Assembly: GCA_017883235.1 (NCBI GenBank)
Contig: JADGNY010000011.1
Coordinates: forward strand, 20-64,019
From: Thermoanaerobaculia bacterium
GTDB lineage: Bacteria > Acidobacteriota > Thermoanaerobaculia > Gp7-AA8
Direction: 5' to 3'
Length of the DNA: 64,000 nucleotides
Shown piece after piece: positions 1 to 9,295 of this stretch (positions are counted from its first letter, which is position 1; every line of letters starts with the position of its first letter). The notes under the pieces are model-generated. The model saw only the letters and a list, made by a program, of their open reading frames with translations. It did no database searches and was not told the origin of the DNA. A program made the translations under genes and the position numbers.

Positions 1-31
1 AGGCCAGCTTGTTATTCACAATCAATAACTA

Positions 32-973
32 TTGCACGCCTCATTACAAACGGCGAGGTCTTCGCTTCTTTTAGGTCTAGAGCAGCTACGCATCTGGTTT
101 CTGACACGCTTTCCGCTACACGACATCTGCCACGTAGGCCACACCAGCGGGGTAGTCTTCGCCGGATTCGGAGCCAGCGAGCACCTCCCCTCTGTCGTCG
201 AAATGCACCTGGACGGCGTTATTGACGATAGGCTCCGGCATCTTTTGGGGCAGCACTACTCCATCACCACGGCCAACCCTGCGGCTGTTCTAGCGTTCGG
301 TCAATCGGACATGGTGCGGACATTCATGGAAGGCATCGATCCGCTCGTTACCGACAACCACACGAGAGAGCTGAGGATCTTTTGGAGTGGCTGCATAGAA
401 ATCCTTCTGGCAGAGATCGGCACCAGAAGGAAAGACGCCGCGGAGCGAATACGCGGAATCGCTGCTGGGGCGCTAGAAAAGCAACTCGCCGCGCTGACTC
501 GCTGGCGTCACCGCGAACAGGTCAAACCATCGCTTTACCTTATTCAGTCCCTACCAAAGGATGAGTTGGCAACCGTGGCGGAATCGCTAGTCAGCCTCAC
601 GTCTCTGAAGCGACGCGTATCGATGGACTACAGCGTCGGAGGCCCGATTGATGTGTTGGTCATCTCGAAACATGACGGATGCGTGTGGGTAAAGAAGAAG
701 CAGTATTTTTCCGCTGACTTGAACCCCGGCTTCTTCACCCGAAAGCACATTGCTTGGGAGGAACTCTCAAATGCCACGAAGAGCAAAGGCATCGGTCGCG
801 AAGCCGAAGCGACAGCCGAAAGCGTTTCACTCGATGGAAGCGATTCGCGCTCACTTCTATCCGAAGCCGATCACGGACCCGGAGTTGCCGGCAGCTACTC
901 CACCACCAGCCACAACCACGCTGGCGTCGGAACCCCTTCGCTGGATGATCGAGGAGATCCGAAAGATACCTGA
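32..973 (+). CDS. Ntn-hydrolase / proteasome-beta-like protein, C-terminal portion (possibly truncated or frameshifted)
   Basis: The ORF opens only after TAA at 26-28 (TTG at 32). The segment SVGGPIDVLVISKHDGCVWVKKKQYF resembles the terminal strands of proteasome-type Ntn hydrolases. No N-terminal catalytic region is in frame. The last ~70 aa are low complexity and overlapped by alternative ORF 750-1016. GC is locally lower. Confidence 0.3.
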   Translation: MHASLQTARSSLLLGLEQLRIWFLTRFPLHDICHVGHTSGVVFAGFGASEHLPSVVEMHLDGVIDDRLRHLLGQHYSITTANPAAVLAFGQSDMVRTFMEGIDPLVTDNHTRELRIFWSGCIEILLAEIGTRRKDAAERIRGIAAGALEKQLAALTRWRHREQVKPSLYLIQSLPKDELATVAESLVSLTSLKRRVSMDYSVGGPIDVLVISKHDGCVWVKKKQYFSADLNPGFFTRKHIAWEELSNATKSKGIGREAEATAESVSLDGSDSRSLLSEADHGPGVAGSYSTTSHNHAGVGTPSLDDRGDPKDT

Positions 974-1177
974 CAATTTTGGAAAGCGCCACAAAAACGC
1001 CACAAAAACCCCTTGACGAGGCCGGTAAAAGTACCTATTATTTCCGTCATACCAGTGGAACAAATACTGCAACCGCACGGTTCCGGGGAGACGTTCGGCA
1101 CCGTGTGCGGATGAAGTTTCATCTGAGAACGTCATATTAAAAACACGTAAACCAAAGCATCCTAAAGGTTTAGCAGC

Positions 1178-1414
1178 ATGTCCCAGGGTTGGGAAAAGAG
1201 GCCAGTCATGTCGAAACTAACCGTAGAGTTCAACCCAAAGATGGACGAGATCCTTGCCGGGTTGGCGCAAGAGAAGGGCACGACGAAGGTCGATGTCCTT
1301 CGACGCGCCGTCGCCCTCTACAAATACATCGATTCGCAGCTCTCTCCGCAGGGTCTGCGACACCTCGCGATCACGGAGGAGGATCGGATCGTAAAGGAAA
1401 TTGTCGTACCGTAG
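1178..1414 (+). CDS. Ribbon-helix-helix (CopG/Arc-like) small DNA-binding protein, antitoxin-like
   Basis: 78-aa ORF (alternative ATG at 1208). KLTVEF..MDEILAGLAQEKGTTKVDVLRRAVALYKYI fits a beta-strand plus two-helix RHH layout. Confidence 0.55.
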   Translation: MSQGWEKRPVMSKLTVEFNPKMDEILAGLAQEKGTTKVDVLRRAVALYKYIDSQLSPQGLRHLAITEEDRIVKEIVVP

Positions 1415-1425
1415 CCAGGAGCCGC

Positions 1426-1836
1426 ATGAGCACGGTCGAACCCGCATCGGCACCAGGGTCAACTCCGCCGCGCCACGCGGTAGTTCCGGCTGGCGATGTG
1501 CTAGCGTCGGTCGGCAATGCCGGCGGCCGCAAGCTCACTGGTGAGCAGTGGGTGGCGTTTGCTCTGGCAGGTGCCGTCTTTCTGCTGGTCGTTTCTACGA
1601 TCGTGTTTGACTTCGTCATCTTGAAGGCTGCTTTGCCGCCGATGCCGCCACTGCCTAGAACTACGGCTGAGGCGGATTTAGCCGCTTACAAGGTGGCAGT
1701 CGAGCAATACACGCTGCTCACGAACGCTGCTCACGAACGTGCGCGTAACGTGTTCGAGACCTTCGCAGCGGCCTCCCTGCTTCCCATCTTCACGGGAATC
1801 GTGGGATTCATCTTTGGGCGTGAACGCTCCCCGTAA
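1426..1836 (+). CDS. Hypothetical membrane protein
   Basis: ATG at 1426, 12 nt after the RHH gene stop, in frame with ORF 1189-1836. It has hydrophobic segments WVAFALAGAVFLLVVSTIVFDFVIL and AASLLPIFTGIVGFIF. Confidence 0.45.
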   Translation: MSTVEPASAPGSTPPRHAVVPAGDVLASVGNAGGRKLTGEQWVAFALAGAVFLLVVSTIVFDFVILKAALPPMPPLPRTTAEADLAAYKVAVEQYTLLTNAAHERARNVFETFAAASLLPIFTGIVGFIFGRERSP

Positions 1837-1986
1837 CGTTGCCGGGCGGCGAAAATGACCCCTACCGCCGCCCTCCTCGCCAGCCTGGGCGCGATCACCG
1901 CCGAGACGGAAGACAACCTCAACCCGTGTGTTTTCATCGAGATAGAGCCTGTTACAACTTGCCACCCAAACGCTACCACTACCTCA

Positions 1987-2322
1987 GATTGGACCGATGC
2001 CGCATCAGATTGGATCGATACCGCATCAGATTGGACCGATGCCGCATCAGATTGGTTCGATACCGCATCAAATCGGATCGATGCCGCATCAGATTGGATC
2101 GATACCGCATCAAATTGGATCGATACCGCATCAGATCGGATCGATACCGCATCAGATTGGTTCGATACCGCATCAGATTGGATCGATGCCGCTCCAAATT
2201 GGATCGATACCGCACCAGATTGGATCGATACCGCATCAGATTGGTTCGATACCGCATCAAATCGGATCGATACCGCTCCAAATCGGATCGATACCGCATC
2301 GAATTGGACCGATACCGCAACG
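1987..2322. repeat. Tandem array, 16 x 21 bp (consensus GATTGGATCGATACCGCATCA)
   Basis: 16 head-to-tail 21-mers were counted directly, with point variants. Each unit is centred on a near-palindrome GGATCGAT(A)CC. The array is open in all six frames, which explains ORFs 1855-2418, 1997-3364 and 1979-2320. Confidence 0.9.
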
Positions 2323-2325
2323 GCT

Positions 2326-2363
2326 AACCGACAACCGACAACCGACAACGCGGCGAAGCCGCC
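2326..2363. repeat. (CCGACAA)n heptamer tract plus GCGGCGAAGCCGC mini-hairpin (repeat family copy)
   Basis: AACCGACAACCGACAACCGACAACGCGGCGAAGCCGCC. Near-identical 30-mers occur at 32376-32407 and, reverse-complemented, at 59888-59920, with a related one at 23591-23785. On the minus strand it lies 3 nt after the stop of the 2366-3283 gene, where it would read as a hairpin plus U-containing tail. Confidence 0.8.
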
Positions 2364-2365
2364 GT

Positions 2366-3283
2366 TTACGCGAGTGTTGCCGTCGCCGGCGCCTGCGGCG
2401 CAACCTTCGGCCGGTTGAGCTGGAGATGGCGGGCGGTGCACTCGGCGAACCCTTCGCAACGGATGCAGTAGCGGTCGGAGTGTTCGGGCTTGAAGTCGAT
2501 CGGCTCGCAGATATTGACCCCGCTGACCTTCTCGTGCTGCGCGAGGTCGATCAGACGATTGATGTCGGAGTCGGAGCCTGTGACCAGAGCCCGTTTCATC
2601 GCAACCACGCGGGTGATGTTGCGTGTCGCGGCGATGACCGCGGCATCCTCCGATCCGAGCCTTGGCGCCGGACCGGTCTCGCGCGTGGCGATCGCCAGCA
2701 CCCGCACACGCTGCGAAACGTAATAGCCGAAACCGACAACAGCCCCGGCCAGCGCCGCCAGGTTGGTCTTGCTGCCGAAAAAGACGCCGGTCAGCAACGC
2801 CGCCAGCGCCAGCCAGGCCAGAAACGTCACGCGGATGGGAAGGATCGTCGAGAGATAGAACGTCTGATCGCGGTTGAGGGCGGCGTAGACGAACAACAGC
2901 GTGAAATTGATGAAGAAGGAGCCGAGCAGCGGCGTGTTGAACCAGGCTGCCACGAGCGCCGTCGCCAGCGTCGACATCAGGTAGAAGCGAAGGAAGTTTC
3001 CCGTTCCCCACTGCTCCTCGACGGCGAATCCCATCAGCGAGAGGAGCACGAGATTGAGAAACAGGGTCAGAACGGGCGGGATCGTGAACGCTCCGACATG
3101 CCCGGCCTGGGCGAACTGGTAGGTGAACAGGCGCCAGATCTGTCCGGCGGCGACGGCGTTCCGGTCGAATCCGAAGAGGCGGGTGAACTTCTGGGCGTCC
3201 TGGTACTGGAGAAGGAAGAACGCGACATTCAGGAAAAGGAGAATGTACGTCGAGCGCAGATTTTCACCGCGGCTTCGGAACAT
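2366..3283 (-). CDS. Rhomboid-like polytopic membrane protein with cytoplasmic Cys-rich C-terminal tail
   Basis: Multiple TM helices. IWRLFTYQFAQAGH and GFAVEEQWGTGNFLRFYL resemble the rhomboid core. No clear GxSG catalytic motif was seen, so activity is uncertain. Confidence 0.5.
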   Translation of the reverse strand: MFRSRGENLRSTYILLFLNVAFFLLQYQDAQKFTRLFGFDRNAVAAGQIWRLFTYQFAQAGHVGAFTIPPVLTLFLNLVLLSLMGFAVEEQWGTGNFLRFYLMSTLATALVAAWFNTPLLGSFFINFTLLFVYAALNRDQTFYLSTILPIRVTFLAWLALAALLTGVFFGSKTNLAALAGAVVGFGYYVSQRVRVLAIATRETGPAPRLGSEDAAVIAATRNITRVVAMKRALVTGSDSDINRLIDLAQHEKVSGVNICEPIDFKPEHSDRYCIRCEGFAECTARHLQLNRPKVAPQAPATATLA

Positions 3284-3389
3284 GACGATCCGAACGTAAG
3301 TCCTGGATTGATTAATTCAATGCCTCCCGTGCGGTTGTTACGCATAGGACGGCGAGAGTGTTGAACTCGTTTGCACCCGCTGCAAGAAA

Positions 3390-3866
3390 TTAACGCACCA
3401 CCACGTTGTCCATCCCCTCGAACCGCAGCACGTTGTCGTTGGCAAGGTGATGCTTAGCCGCCACGCCGGCCGCCAGTTCCAGGACGGATGAGGCCTGCGC
3501 GTTCGGCGGATAGTTCGGGCAGGGGTCGGCCTTGCAAGGCTGCACGTCATGGGCGATATGGACGATGCGGTGCTGGCTGTCCATCCAGATCATGTCGAGC
3601 GGGATGAGCGTGTTCTTCATCCAGAACGGATATTCACCGGGCTGCGTGAAGAGAAAGATCATCCCGCGGTCGTCGGCCAGGTGATCGCGGTACATCAGGC
3701 CCTGCGACCGGGTTTCCTCGTCCGAGGCCACTTCGACCGCGACGACGAAATGGTCGGGAAAGACGATGCGCTGGGCACTGGCCGCGGCCATCGTCGTGGC
3801 CGGACTCGGGGCTGGCGTACGCTGGGCGCAGGCAAGAGCCAGCATCAACAGAAAGCTAGATTTCAT
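3390..3866 (-). CDS. DUF192-family secreted protein
   Basis: ATG at 3866 gives signal peptide MKSSFLLMLALACA. GLMYRDHLADDRGMIFLF..FWMKNTLIPLDMIWMD is the typical DUF192 core. The start overlaps the upstream regulator stop by 11 nt. Confidence 0.7.
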   Translation of the reverse strand: MKSSFLLMLALACAQRTPAPSPATTMAAASAQRIVFPDHFVVAVEVASDEETRSQGLMYRDHLADDRGMIFLFTQPGEYPFWMKNTLIPLDMIWMDSQHRIVHIAHDVQPCKADPCPNYPPNAQASSVLELAAGVAAKHHLANDNVLRFEGMDNVVVR

Positions 3867-5259
3867 TTTCCACCTCGACCACCTCGTCCGGCCGCTCGCG
3901 GGAGATGAGGTCATATTTCTTGGCGTAGTAGCGGAAGGAGCGGAACGACATCCGCAGCAGCTCGGCGGCCTGCGTCTGGACTCCGCCGGTGCGCTCCAGC
4001 GCCTTCAGCATGAAGATTTTCCCGATTCCCTCGAGGTGGTCCACCAGCGAGATCCCGTCAGCCGGAAGTTCAAACGTGACGTCCGGCATCGAGCCGCCGA
4101 GAAGAACGTGCTCCGGGAGCGACTTCGTCGTCAACACGTCCGACGCTTCGAGCGCGATCATCCGTTCGATGACGTTCTCCAGCTCGCGCACATTGCCGGG
4201 CCAGTGGTACTTCTCGATCGAGCGCATGGCATCGGACGAGATCCTCTTCTGCGGTACGCCCATCGACTTGGAGTACTTGGTGATGAAGTGTTCCACCAGC
4301 AGGGCGATGTCCTCGCGCCGCTGCCGCAGCGGCGGAAGAGCGATCGGGATCACGTTGATGCGGTAGAAGAGATCCTCCCGGAACGTACCGGCGCGGATCG
4401 ACTCGGCGAGATCGCGATTCGTGGCCGCGATGACGCGCACCTCGACCTGCGTCTCGCTGTTCGAGCCGACGCGGCGGACCACGTGGTCCTGCAGTACGCG
4501 CAACAGCTTGATCTGCATGGCCGTCGAGGTCTCACCGATCTCGTCGAGGAAAATCGTCCCGCGGTCGGCTTCCGTGAAGAGTCCTTTTTTCTCGCGGATC
4601 GCGCCGGTGAACGCGCCGCGCTCATGTCCGAAAAGCTCCGACTCCAGCAGCGTCTCCGGCAGAGCGCCGCAATTGATCGAGACAAACTTTCCCCGGCGGC
4701 CGGAGTTGTAGTGGATGGCCCTGGCGATCAGCTCCTTGCCCGTGCCGGAGTCGCCCGAGATCAGCACCGTCGACGTGGTCTTGGCAATGCGCTGCACGAT
4801 GGAGAAGATCTCCTGCATGCGCGCGCTGCGGCCGATGATGTTGGAGAAGGTGAAGCGCTCCTCGAGCGCCGTGCGGAGATGGATGTTCTCCTCCTCCAGC
4901 TCCTTCCGCTCCGCGGCGTTGCGGACGATGATCTTCAGTTCGTCGATGTCGAACGGTTTGGCGATGTAGTCGAAGGCCCCTGCTTTGAGCGCCTCAACCG
5001 CCGATTTCGTCGACGTGTGTGCGGTGATCATCACCACGGCCACGGACGGCGTCGCTGCTTTCACTTCGCGCACCAGGTCGATGCCCGATCCGTCCGGCAG
5101 CATCAGGTCGCAGAGGATGATGTCGGGCTCGTGTTTCGCCAGCGCGTTTCGCGCCTCGGCAAGCGACCCGGCCGTCTCCACGCGCCAGGCTTCCTCTTCA
5201 AAGACGATCGAGAGAAAGTCGCGTAGCGACGCCTCGTCATCGACGATCAGCAGGTTCAC
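3856..5259 (-). CDS. Sigma-54-dependent response regulator (NtrC/AtoC family)
   Basis: Receiver domain (LLIVDDE, DIILCDLMLPDGSG), AAA+ sigma-54 activator core (GDSGTGKELIARAIH, ESELFGHERGAFTGA, ATNRDL) and a C-terminal Fis-type HTH. Confidence 0.92.
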   Translation of the reverse strand: MNLLIVDDEASLRDFLSIVFEEEAWRVETAGSLAEARNALAKHEPDIILCDLMLPDGSGIDLVREVKAATPSVAVVMITAHTSTKSAVEALKAGAFDYIAKPFDIDELKIIVRNAAERKELEEENIHLRTALEERFTFSNIIGRSARMQEIFSIVQRIAKTTSTVLISGDSGTGKELIARAIHYNSGRRGKFVSINCGALPETLLESELFGHERGAFTGAIREKKGLFTEADRGTIFLDEIGETSTAMQIKLLRVLQDHVVRRVGSNSETQVEVRVIAATNRDLAESIRAGTFREDLFYRINVIPIALPPLRQRREDIALLVEHFITKYSKSMGVPQKRISSDAMRSIEKYHWPGNVRELENVIERMIALEASDVLTTKSLPEHVLLGGSMPDVTFELPADGISLVDHLEGIGKIFMLKALERTGGVQTQAAELLRMSFRSFRYYAKKYDLISRERPDEVVEVENEI

Positions 5260-5367
5260 AAGGCCGGATTATAGGAGTCAGAGGCGGTAGAACGTTACTG
5301 AGGCACTGTTGGCAGAGCCTTGGGCAACCAACGCCGCCGGCCGTGCCGGGCCGCCGGCCGTGCCGGC

Positions 5368-5913
5368 CTACTCGCGGGTGGCGATCGCCGTCCCTGCCGC
5401 GATGACCTGACCGAGGAGAAACAGTTGCGAGATGCCGTGCAGCATTCCGAACTGGCGACGCACCGGATCGTTACTCGGAAGGCTGCTGATCGGCGTAAAC
5501 GACTCGGCGCGGATCATCCGGATGCGGGTGTCGATCAGCGCCTGGAACGACGCCAGGAGGACGGCCACGAAGAGGATGACCAGCATCACCGGCCGGCTGC
5601 GACGCCACTCGAGGAACATGAGCAGAAGAGGCGCGAGAAGGGCAATGTAGTGCCAGCGCGTGAGGATGGCGCCGACGACATTGGCGGCATCGGTGGGATT
5701 GGTGGCCGCGCTGAACGCGGCCGAGGCCGAAAGCATGAGAAATACGCCGCTGCCGAGCCAGAGCGCCTGAATGAGACGGGTGATGAGGCGGGTAAGTGCC
5801 AGCGAGGACTTTCGCGGCGGACGCGATTCCTCAGGCGGCATGCTGACTTCGACGACAGGTGTTTCCTCGAGCGCCGCCGCCGGCGTCGGTTCGATACTCG
5901 GCTCCTCGGTCAT
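5368..5913 (-). CDS. Hypothetical membrane protein (4 TM)
   Basis: The ATG at 5913 overlaps the mtnA stop (ATGA). Hydrophobic helices run through the second half. The upstream part of ORF 5368-6342 is Arg-rich shadow sequence inside mtnA. Confidence 0.55.
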   Translation of the reverse strand: MTEEPSIEPTPAAALEETPVVEVSMPPEESRPPRKSSLALTRLITRLIQALWLGSGVFLMLSASAAFSAATNPTDAANVVGAILTRWHYIALLAPLLLMFLEWRRSRPVMLVILFVAVLLASFQALIDTRIRMIRAESFTPISSLPSNDPVRRQFGMLHGISQLFLLGQVIAAGTAIATRE

Positions 5914-6893
5914 CGAAATACCTCTCGAATCGATTCGTCGTACGGCGCGCGCAGCACGCCGCGGTCGGTGATGATGGCGCTGATCAGGCGCGCCGGCGTG
6001 ACATCGAAGGCCGGATGGCGGACGTTGATTCCGTCGGGCGCGATCGAAACACCATTCATCGTCGTGACCTCCGCCGCGCTTCGCTCCTCGATCTCGATGC
6101 CAGCACCTGTCGGTGTGTTCACGTCGATGGTCGACAGCGGCGCGGCCACGTAGAACGGCACGCCGTGCGCGTTCGCGAGAACGGCCACGGTGTACGTGCC
6201 GATCTTGTTCGCCGTGTCGCCGTTCGCGGCGATGCGGTCGGCGCCGACGATCGCGGCGTCGAAACGTCCCTGTTGAAAGAAATGCCCGGCCATGCTGTCG
6301 GTGATCAGCGTGACGTCGATGTTTTCCTGCTTCAGCTCCCACGCCGTCAATCGCGCACCTTGCAGGTAGGGGCGCGTCTCATCGGCGAAGACGGCCACGC
6401 GCTTGCCGCCTTCGACGGCGGCGCGGATCACGCCCAGCGCCGTGCCGTAGCCTGCCGTCGCTAGGGCGCCGGCGTTGCAGTGGGTGAGGATGGTGACGGA
6501 CTCGCCGAGGAGCTCGGCGCCGTAGCGGCCGATGCGCTTGTTGGCTTCGACGTCTTCGCGAAACATCGACTCGGCCTCGGCGGTCAGATCGCGGCCGGCC
6601 TCGCGGGCCGCGAGCATCCGGTCGAGCGCCCACATCAGATTGACGGCCGTCGGACGCGACGCCCGCAACTCCGCGGCGGCGGCATCGACATCATCGTCAC
6701 GCTGGGCCGCAAGCGCGACACCGAACGCCGCCGAGACCCCGATGGCGGGCGCGCCGCGCACGATCATGTCGCGGATGGCCACGGCGACCTCGTGCGCGTC
6801 ACTGCAGGTAACCCAGTGGACGTTTCGGGGCAACAGGCGCTGATCGAGGAGGTCCAGCGCGTTGCCGCGCCAGCGAATAGGTTCAACGTGCAT
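5910..6893 (-). CDS. mtnA: S-methyl-5-thioribose-1-phosphate isomerase
   Basis: eIF-2B/MtnA family motifs: [70 protein letters not shown]. Confidence 0.9.
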   Translation of the reverse strand: MHVEPIRWRGNALDLLDQRLLPRNVHWVTCSDAHEVAVAIRDMIVRGAPAIGVSAAFGVALAAQRDDDVDAAAAELRASRPTAVNLMWALDRMLAAREAGRDLTAEAESMFREDVEANKRIGRYGAELLGESVTILTHCNAGALATAGYGTALGVIRAAVEGGKRVAVFADETRPYLQGARLTAWELKQENIDVTLITDSMAGHFFQQGRFDAAIVGADRIAANGDTANKIGTYTVAVLANAHGVPFYVAAPLSTIDVNTPTGAGIEIEERSAAEVTTMNGVSIAPDGINVRHPAFDVTPARLISAIITDRGVLRAPYDESIREVFR

Positions 6894-7027
6894 ACGGTTC
6901 GCAGTGAAAGGCGGTCGTTATACTACGGCCAGGAGTCTGCGCGGCAGAACGATCGAGCGAAGAGGGTGGCCGAGCCTTGGGCAACCAACGCAGCCGGCCG
7001 TGCCGGCCCAGTTTTTCCGGAGGAACA

Positions 7028-8053
7028 ATGGTCAGGGTTGGAGTCAATGGTTTCGGGCGCATCGGACGCAACGTGCTCCGCGCCGCGCTCGAGCGCAATC
7101 TCGATATCGAATTCGTCGCCGTCAACGATCTCACGGACGCCGCGACGCTGGCGTATCTTCTGAAGTACGACTCGGTTCATCACACGATTCCGAACGAGGT
7201 CGGCCATACGGCCAACGGCATCACCATCGACGGGAAAGAGCTGCGCGTTTTCTCTTTCCCCGATCCCTCCGACATTCCGTGGGGCGAAGTCGGCGCCGAG
7301 ATCGTCGTCGAGTCTTCGGGCCGGTTCACGTCGAAGGCGAAGGCATCGCTCCATCTCCGGAAGTCGGTCGAGCACGTGATCATCTCCGCCCCCTCGAAGG
7401 ACGCCGACGTCACCATCTGCATCGGCGTCAACGAGCAGGATTTAGATCCCGCCGCGCACAAGATCGTGTCGAACGCCTCCTGCACCACCAACTGCCTGGC
7501 GCCGCTGGCGAAGGTGCTGCACGAAAAGTTCGGCATCGAGATGGGGATCATGACCACGATCCACTCCTACACGAACGATCAGGAGATCCTCGATCTCCCG
7601 CACAAAGACGTCCGCCGCGGCCGCGCGGCGGCGATGTCGATGATCCCGACGACGACCGGTGCGGCCAAGGCCGTCGGCCTCGTGCTGCCGGAGTTGAAGG
7701 GAAAGTTCGACGGCATCTCCGTCCGCGTTCCCACGCCGAACGTCTCGCTGGTCGATCTGACCTTCCGCACCGAAAAGGCCACGAATGCGGATGAGATCAA
7801 CGCCGTGCTGCGCGAGTCCGCGAACGGCGCGCTGAAAGGCATCCTGACTTACTCCGACGAACAGCTCGTTTCGGTCGATTTCAACCACAACCCGTATTCG
7901 GCGATCGTCGATACGACCTTCACCCGCTCGGTCGATCCGCACATGCACAAGGTGCTGTCGTGGTACGACAACGAGTGGGGCTACTCGAACCGCGTCCTCG
8001 ATCTGATCGCGCACGTGGCGCGGGTGAAGAAGGAGTCGCTGCAACACGCATGA
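7028..8053 (+). CDS. gap: Glyceraldehyde-3-phosphate dehydrogenase
   Basis: MVRVGVNGFGRIGRNV Rossmann start, active-site SNASCTTNCLAP, C-terminal WYDNEWGYSNR. Confidence 0.95.
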   Translation: MVRVGVNGFGRIGRNVLRAALERNLDIEFVAVNDLTDAATLAYLLKYDSVHHTIPNEVGHTANGITIDGKELRVFSFPDPSDIPWGEVGAEIVVESSGRFTSKAKASLHLRKSVEHVIISAPSKDADVTICIGVNEQDLDPAAHKIVSNASCTTNCLAPLAKVLHEKFGIEMGIMTTIHSYTNDQEILDLPHKDVRRGRAAAMSMIPTTTGAAKAVGLVLPELKGKFDGISVRVPTPNVSLVDLTFRTEKATNADEINAVLRESANGALKGILTYSDEQLVSVDFNHNPYSAIVDTTFTRSVDPHMHKVLSWYDNEWGYSNRVLDLIAHVARVKKESLQHA

Positions 8054-9249
8054 TCACTATTCGGACGCTCGATGACCTTTCGCTTTCGCGGGGCGCGCGC
8101 GTCTTCTATCGCGTCGACTACAACGTTCCGCTCGACGGGACGCGGATTACCGATGCCACCCGTATCGAGGAGACGTTGCCGACCCTGCGCCGGCTCCGCA
8201 ATGTCGGTGCGGCCGTCGTGATCGCCAGCCATCTCGGCAGACCGAAGGGCGAGCGGAAGCCGAAGTACTCGCTGGAGCCGATCCGAGCGAAACTGGCCGA
8301 GCTCTTAGGCGCCGAGGTGCAATGGGCGGATGACTGTGTCGGCGACGACGCCGATGCCAAGGCATCGGCTCTCGAGCCGGGCCAGATCCTCCTGCTCGAG
8401 AACCTGCGTTTCCACGCCGGTGAAGAAGCGAATGACCGTACCTTCGCGGAGCAGTTGAGCATGCTTGCGGACTACTACGTCAATGATGCCTTCGGAGCAT
8501 GTCACCGCGCACACGCCTCGATCGATGCCCTGCCGCGACTCTTCGACAAGGCGCGTATCGCGGGCGGTCTTCTGCTGGCGAAAGAAATCGAGTTCCTGCA
8601 GAAAATCACCAACGTTTCTGACCGACCCTTCGTCGCCCTCCTCGGCGGCGCCAAGATCGCCGGCAAGATCGAACCGCTCGAAGCGCTCGTCAAACTCGCG
8701 GACACGGTCCTCGTCGGTGGCGGAATGGCGAACACGTTTCTGGCCGCCCGAGGCGTAGCCATGGGCGGCTCGCTCGTCGACAACGATTCGATCGAAGTGG
8801 CGAAGCGGATCACGAACGTGATGTTGCCGGTCGATCTCATCGTCGCTGACGATCTGAAGGAGCCGAAGACCATCGAGACCGTCGACGTGTCGAGCGGTCT
8901 GACCGCCGGACAGAAGGCCTTCGACATCGGACCGAAGACGATCGCCGCGTACGACGCGGTACTGAAAGCCGCGCGCACGATTTTCTGGAACGGGCCGATG
9001 GGCGTGTTCGAGAACGAAGCCTTCGCGAAGGGAACGATGGCCATGGCGCGATCGGTGGCCGAGGCCGGAGGGACGACGGTCGTCGGCGGCGGCGAATCGG
9101 TCGAAGCCGTGAAAGCGTCCGGTTACGCCAGCCGCATCAGCCATATCTCCACCGGCGGCGGCGCATCGCTGGAGTTCATTTCGGGGGAAACGCTGCCGGG
9201 AGTGGAGGTGCTGAGGTCAGAAAGCAGAAGGCAGAAGGCAGAAGGATGA
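8050..9249 (+). CDS. pgk: Phosphoglycerate kinase (C-terminus extended 11 aa into a repeat)
   Basis: The ATG overlaps the gap stop (ATGA). Motifs RVDYNVPLDG, ASHLGRPKGE and STGGGASLEF are present. The last residues, RSESRRQKAEG, are encoded by the (CAGAAGG)n element. Confidence 0.95.
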   Translation: MITIRTLDDLSLSRGARVFYRVDYNVPLDGTRITDATRIEETLPTLRRLRNVGAAVVIASHLGRPKGERKPKYSLEPIRAKLAELLGAEVQWADDCVGDDADAKASALEPGQILLLENLRFHAGEEANDRTFAEQLSMLADYYVNDAFGACHRAHASIDALPRLFDKARIAGGLLLAKEIEFLQKITNVSDRPFVALLGGAKIAGKIEPLEALVKLADTVLVGGGMANTFLAARGVAMGGSLVDNDSIEVAKRITNVMLPVDLIVADDLKEPKTIETVDVSSGLTAGQKAFDIGPKTIAAYDAVLKAARTIFWNGPMGVFENEAFAKGTMAMARSVAEAGGTTVVGGGESVEAVKASGYASRISHISTGGGASLEFISGETLPGVEVLRSESRRQKAEG

Positions 9250-9289
9250 ATCCTTTCACCTTCTGCCTTCTGCTTTCTGCCTTCTGCCT
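9218..9289. repeat. Heptamer-built hairpin, (CAGAAGG)4 - 13-nt loop - (CCTTCTG)4
   Basis: CAGAAAGCAGAAGGCAGAAGGCAGAAGG ATGAATCCTTTCA CCTTCTGCCTTCTGCTTTCTGCCTTCTG. It covers the pgk stop codon and is a possible terminator. Confidence 0.85.
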
Positions 9290-9295
9290 TTGATC

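Noticed and set aside
750-1016. Alternative 88-aa ORF (MPRRAKASVAKPKRQPKAF...) overlapping the tail of ORF 32-973.
   Set aside because: It is plausible as a real small basic protein, but it has no motif or RBS support and conflicts with the longer ORF. It is left unresolved.
1855-2418. Heptad-repeat proteins (SDWIDTA repeats; also IPHQIGS and MRYRSNL in other frames) across the 21-bp array.
   Set aside because: All six frames are open simply because a 21-bp unit without stop codons is repeated. There is no RBS or signal sequence, and the array lies between convergent genes. An unrelated 21-bp array at 32139 shows the same artefact.
1731-3011. Very long ORFs antisense to or out of frame with real genes. 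Examples: 1731-3011(-), 3766-5226(+), 10220-12478(-), 17515-18774(-), 24356-26950(-), 36598-39615(+), 44924-46432(+), 49664-51370(-), 58694-59881(+).
   Set aside because: Their translations are Arg/Gly/Ala/Asp/His-rich with no domain motifs. Each overlaps a gene with clear family signatures on the other strand or frame. This is typical of shadow ORFs in high-GC DNA.
5300-5350. Sigma-54 promoter (TGGCAC-N5-TTGC) in the repeated GGCACGGCCGGCTGCG / TTGGCAGAGCCTTGGGCA sequences near the NtrC-family regulator.
   Set aside because: On either strand the GG to GC spacing is one nucleotide longer than the invariant GG-N10-GC.
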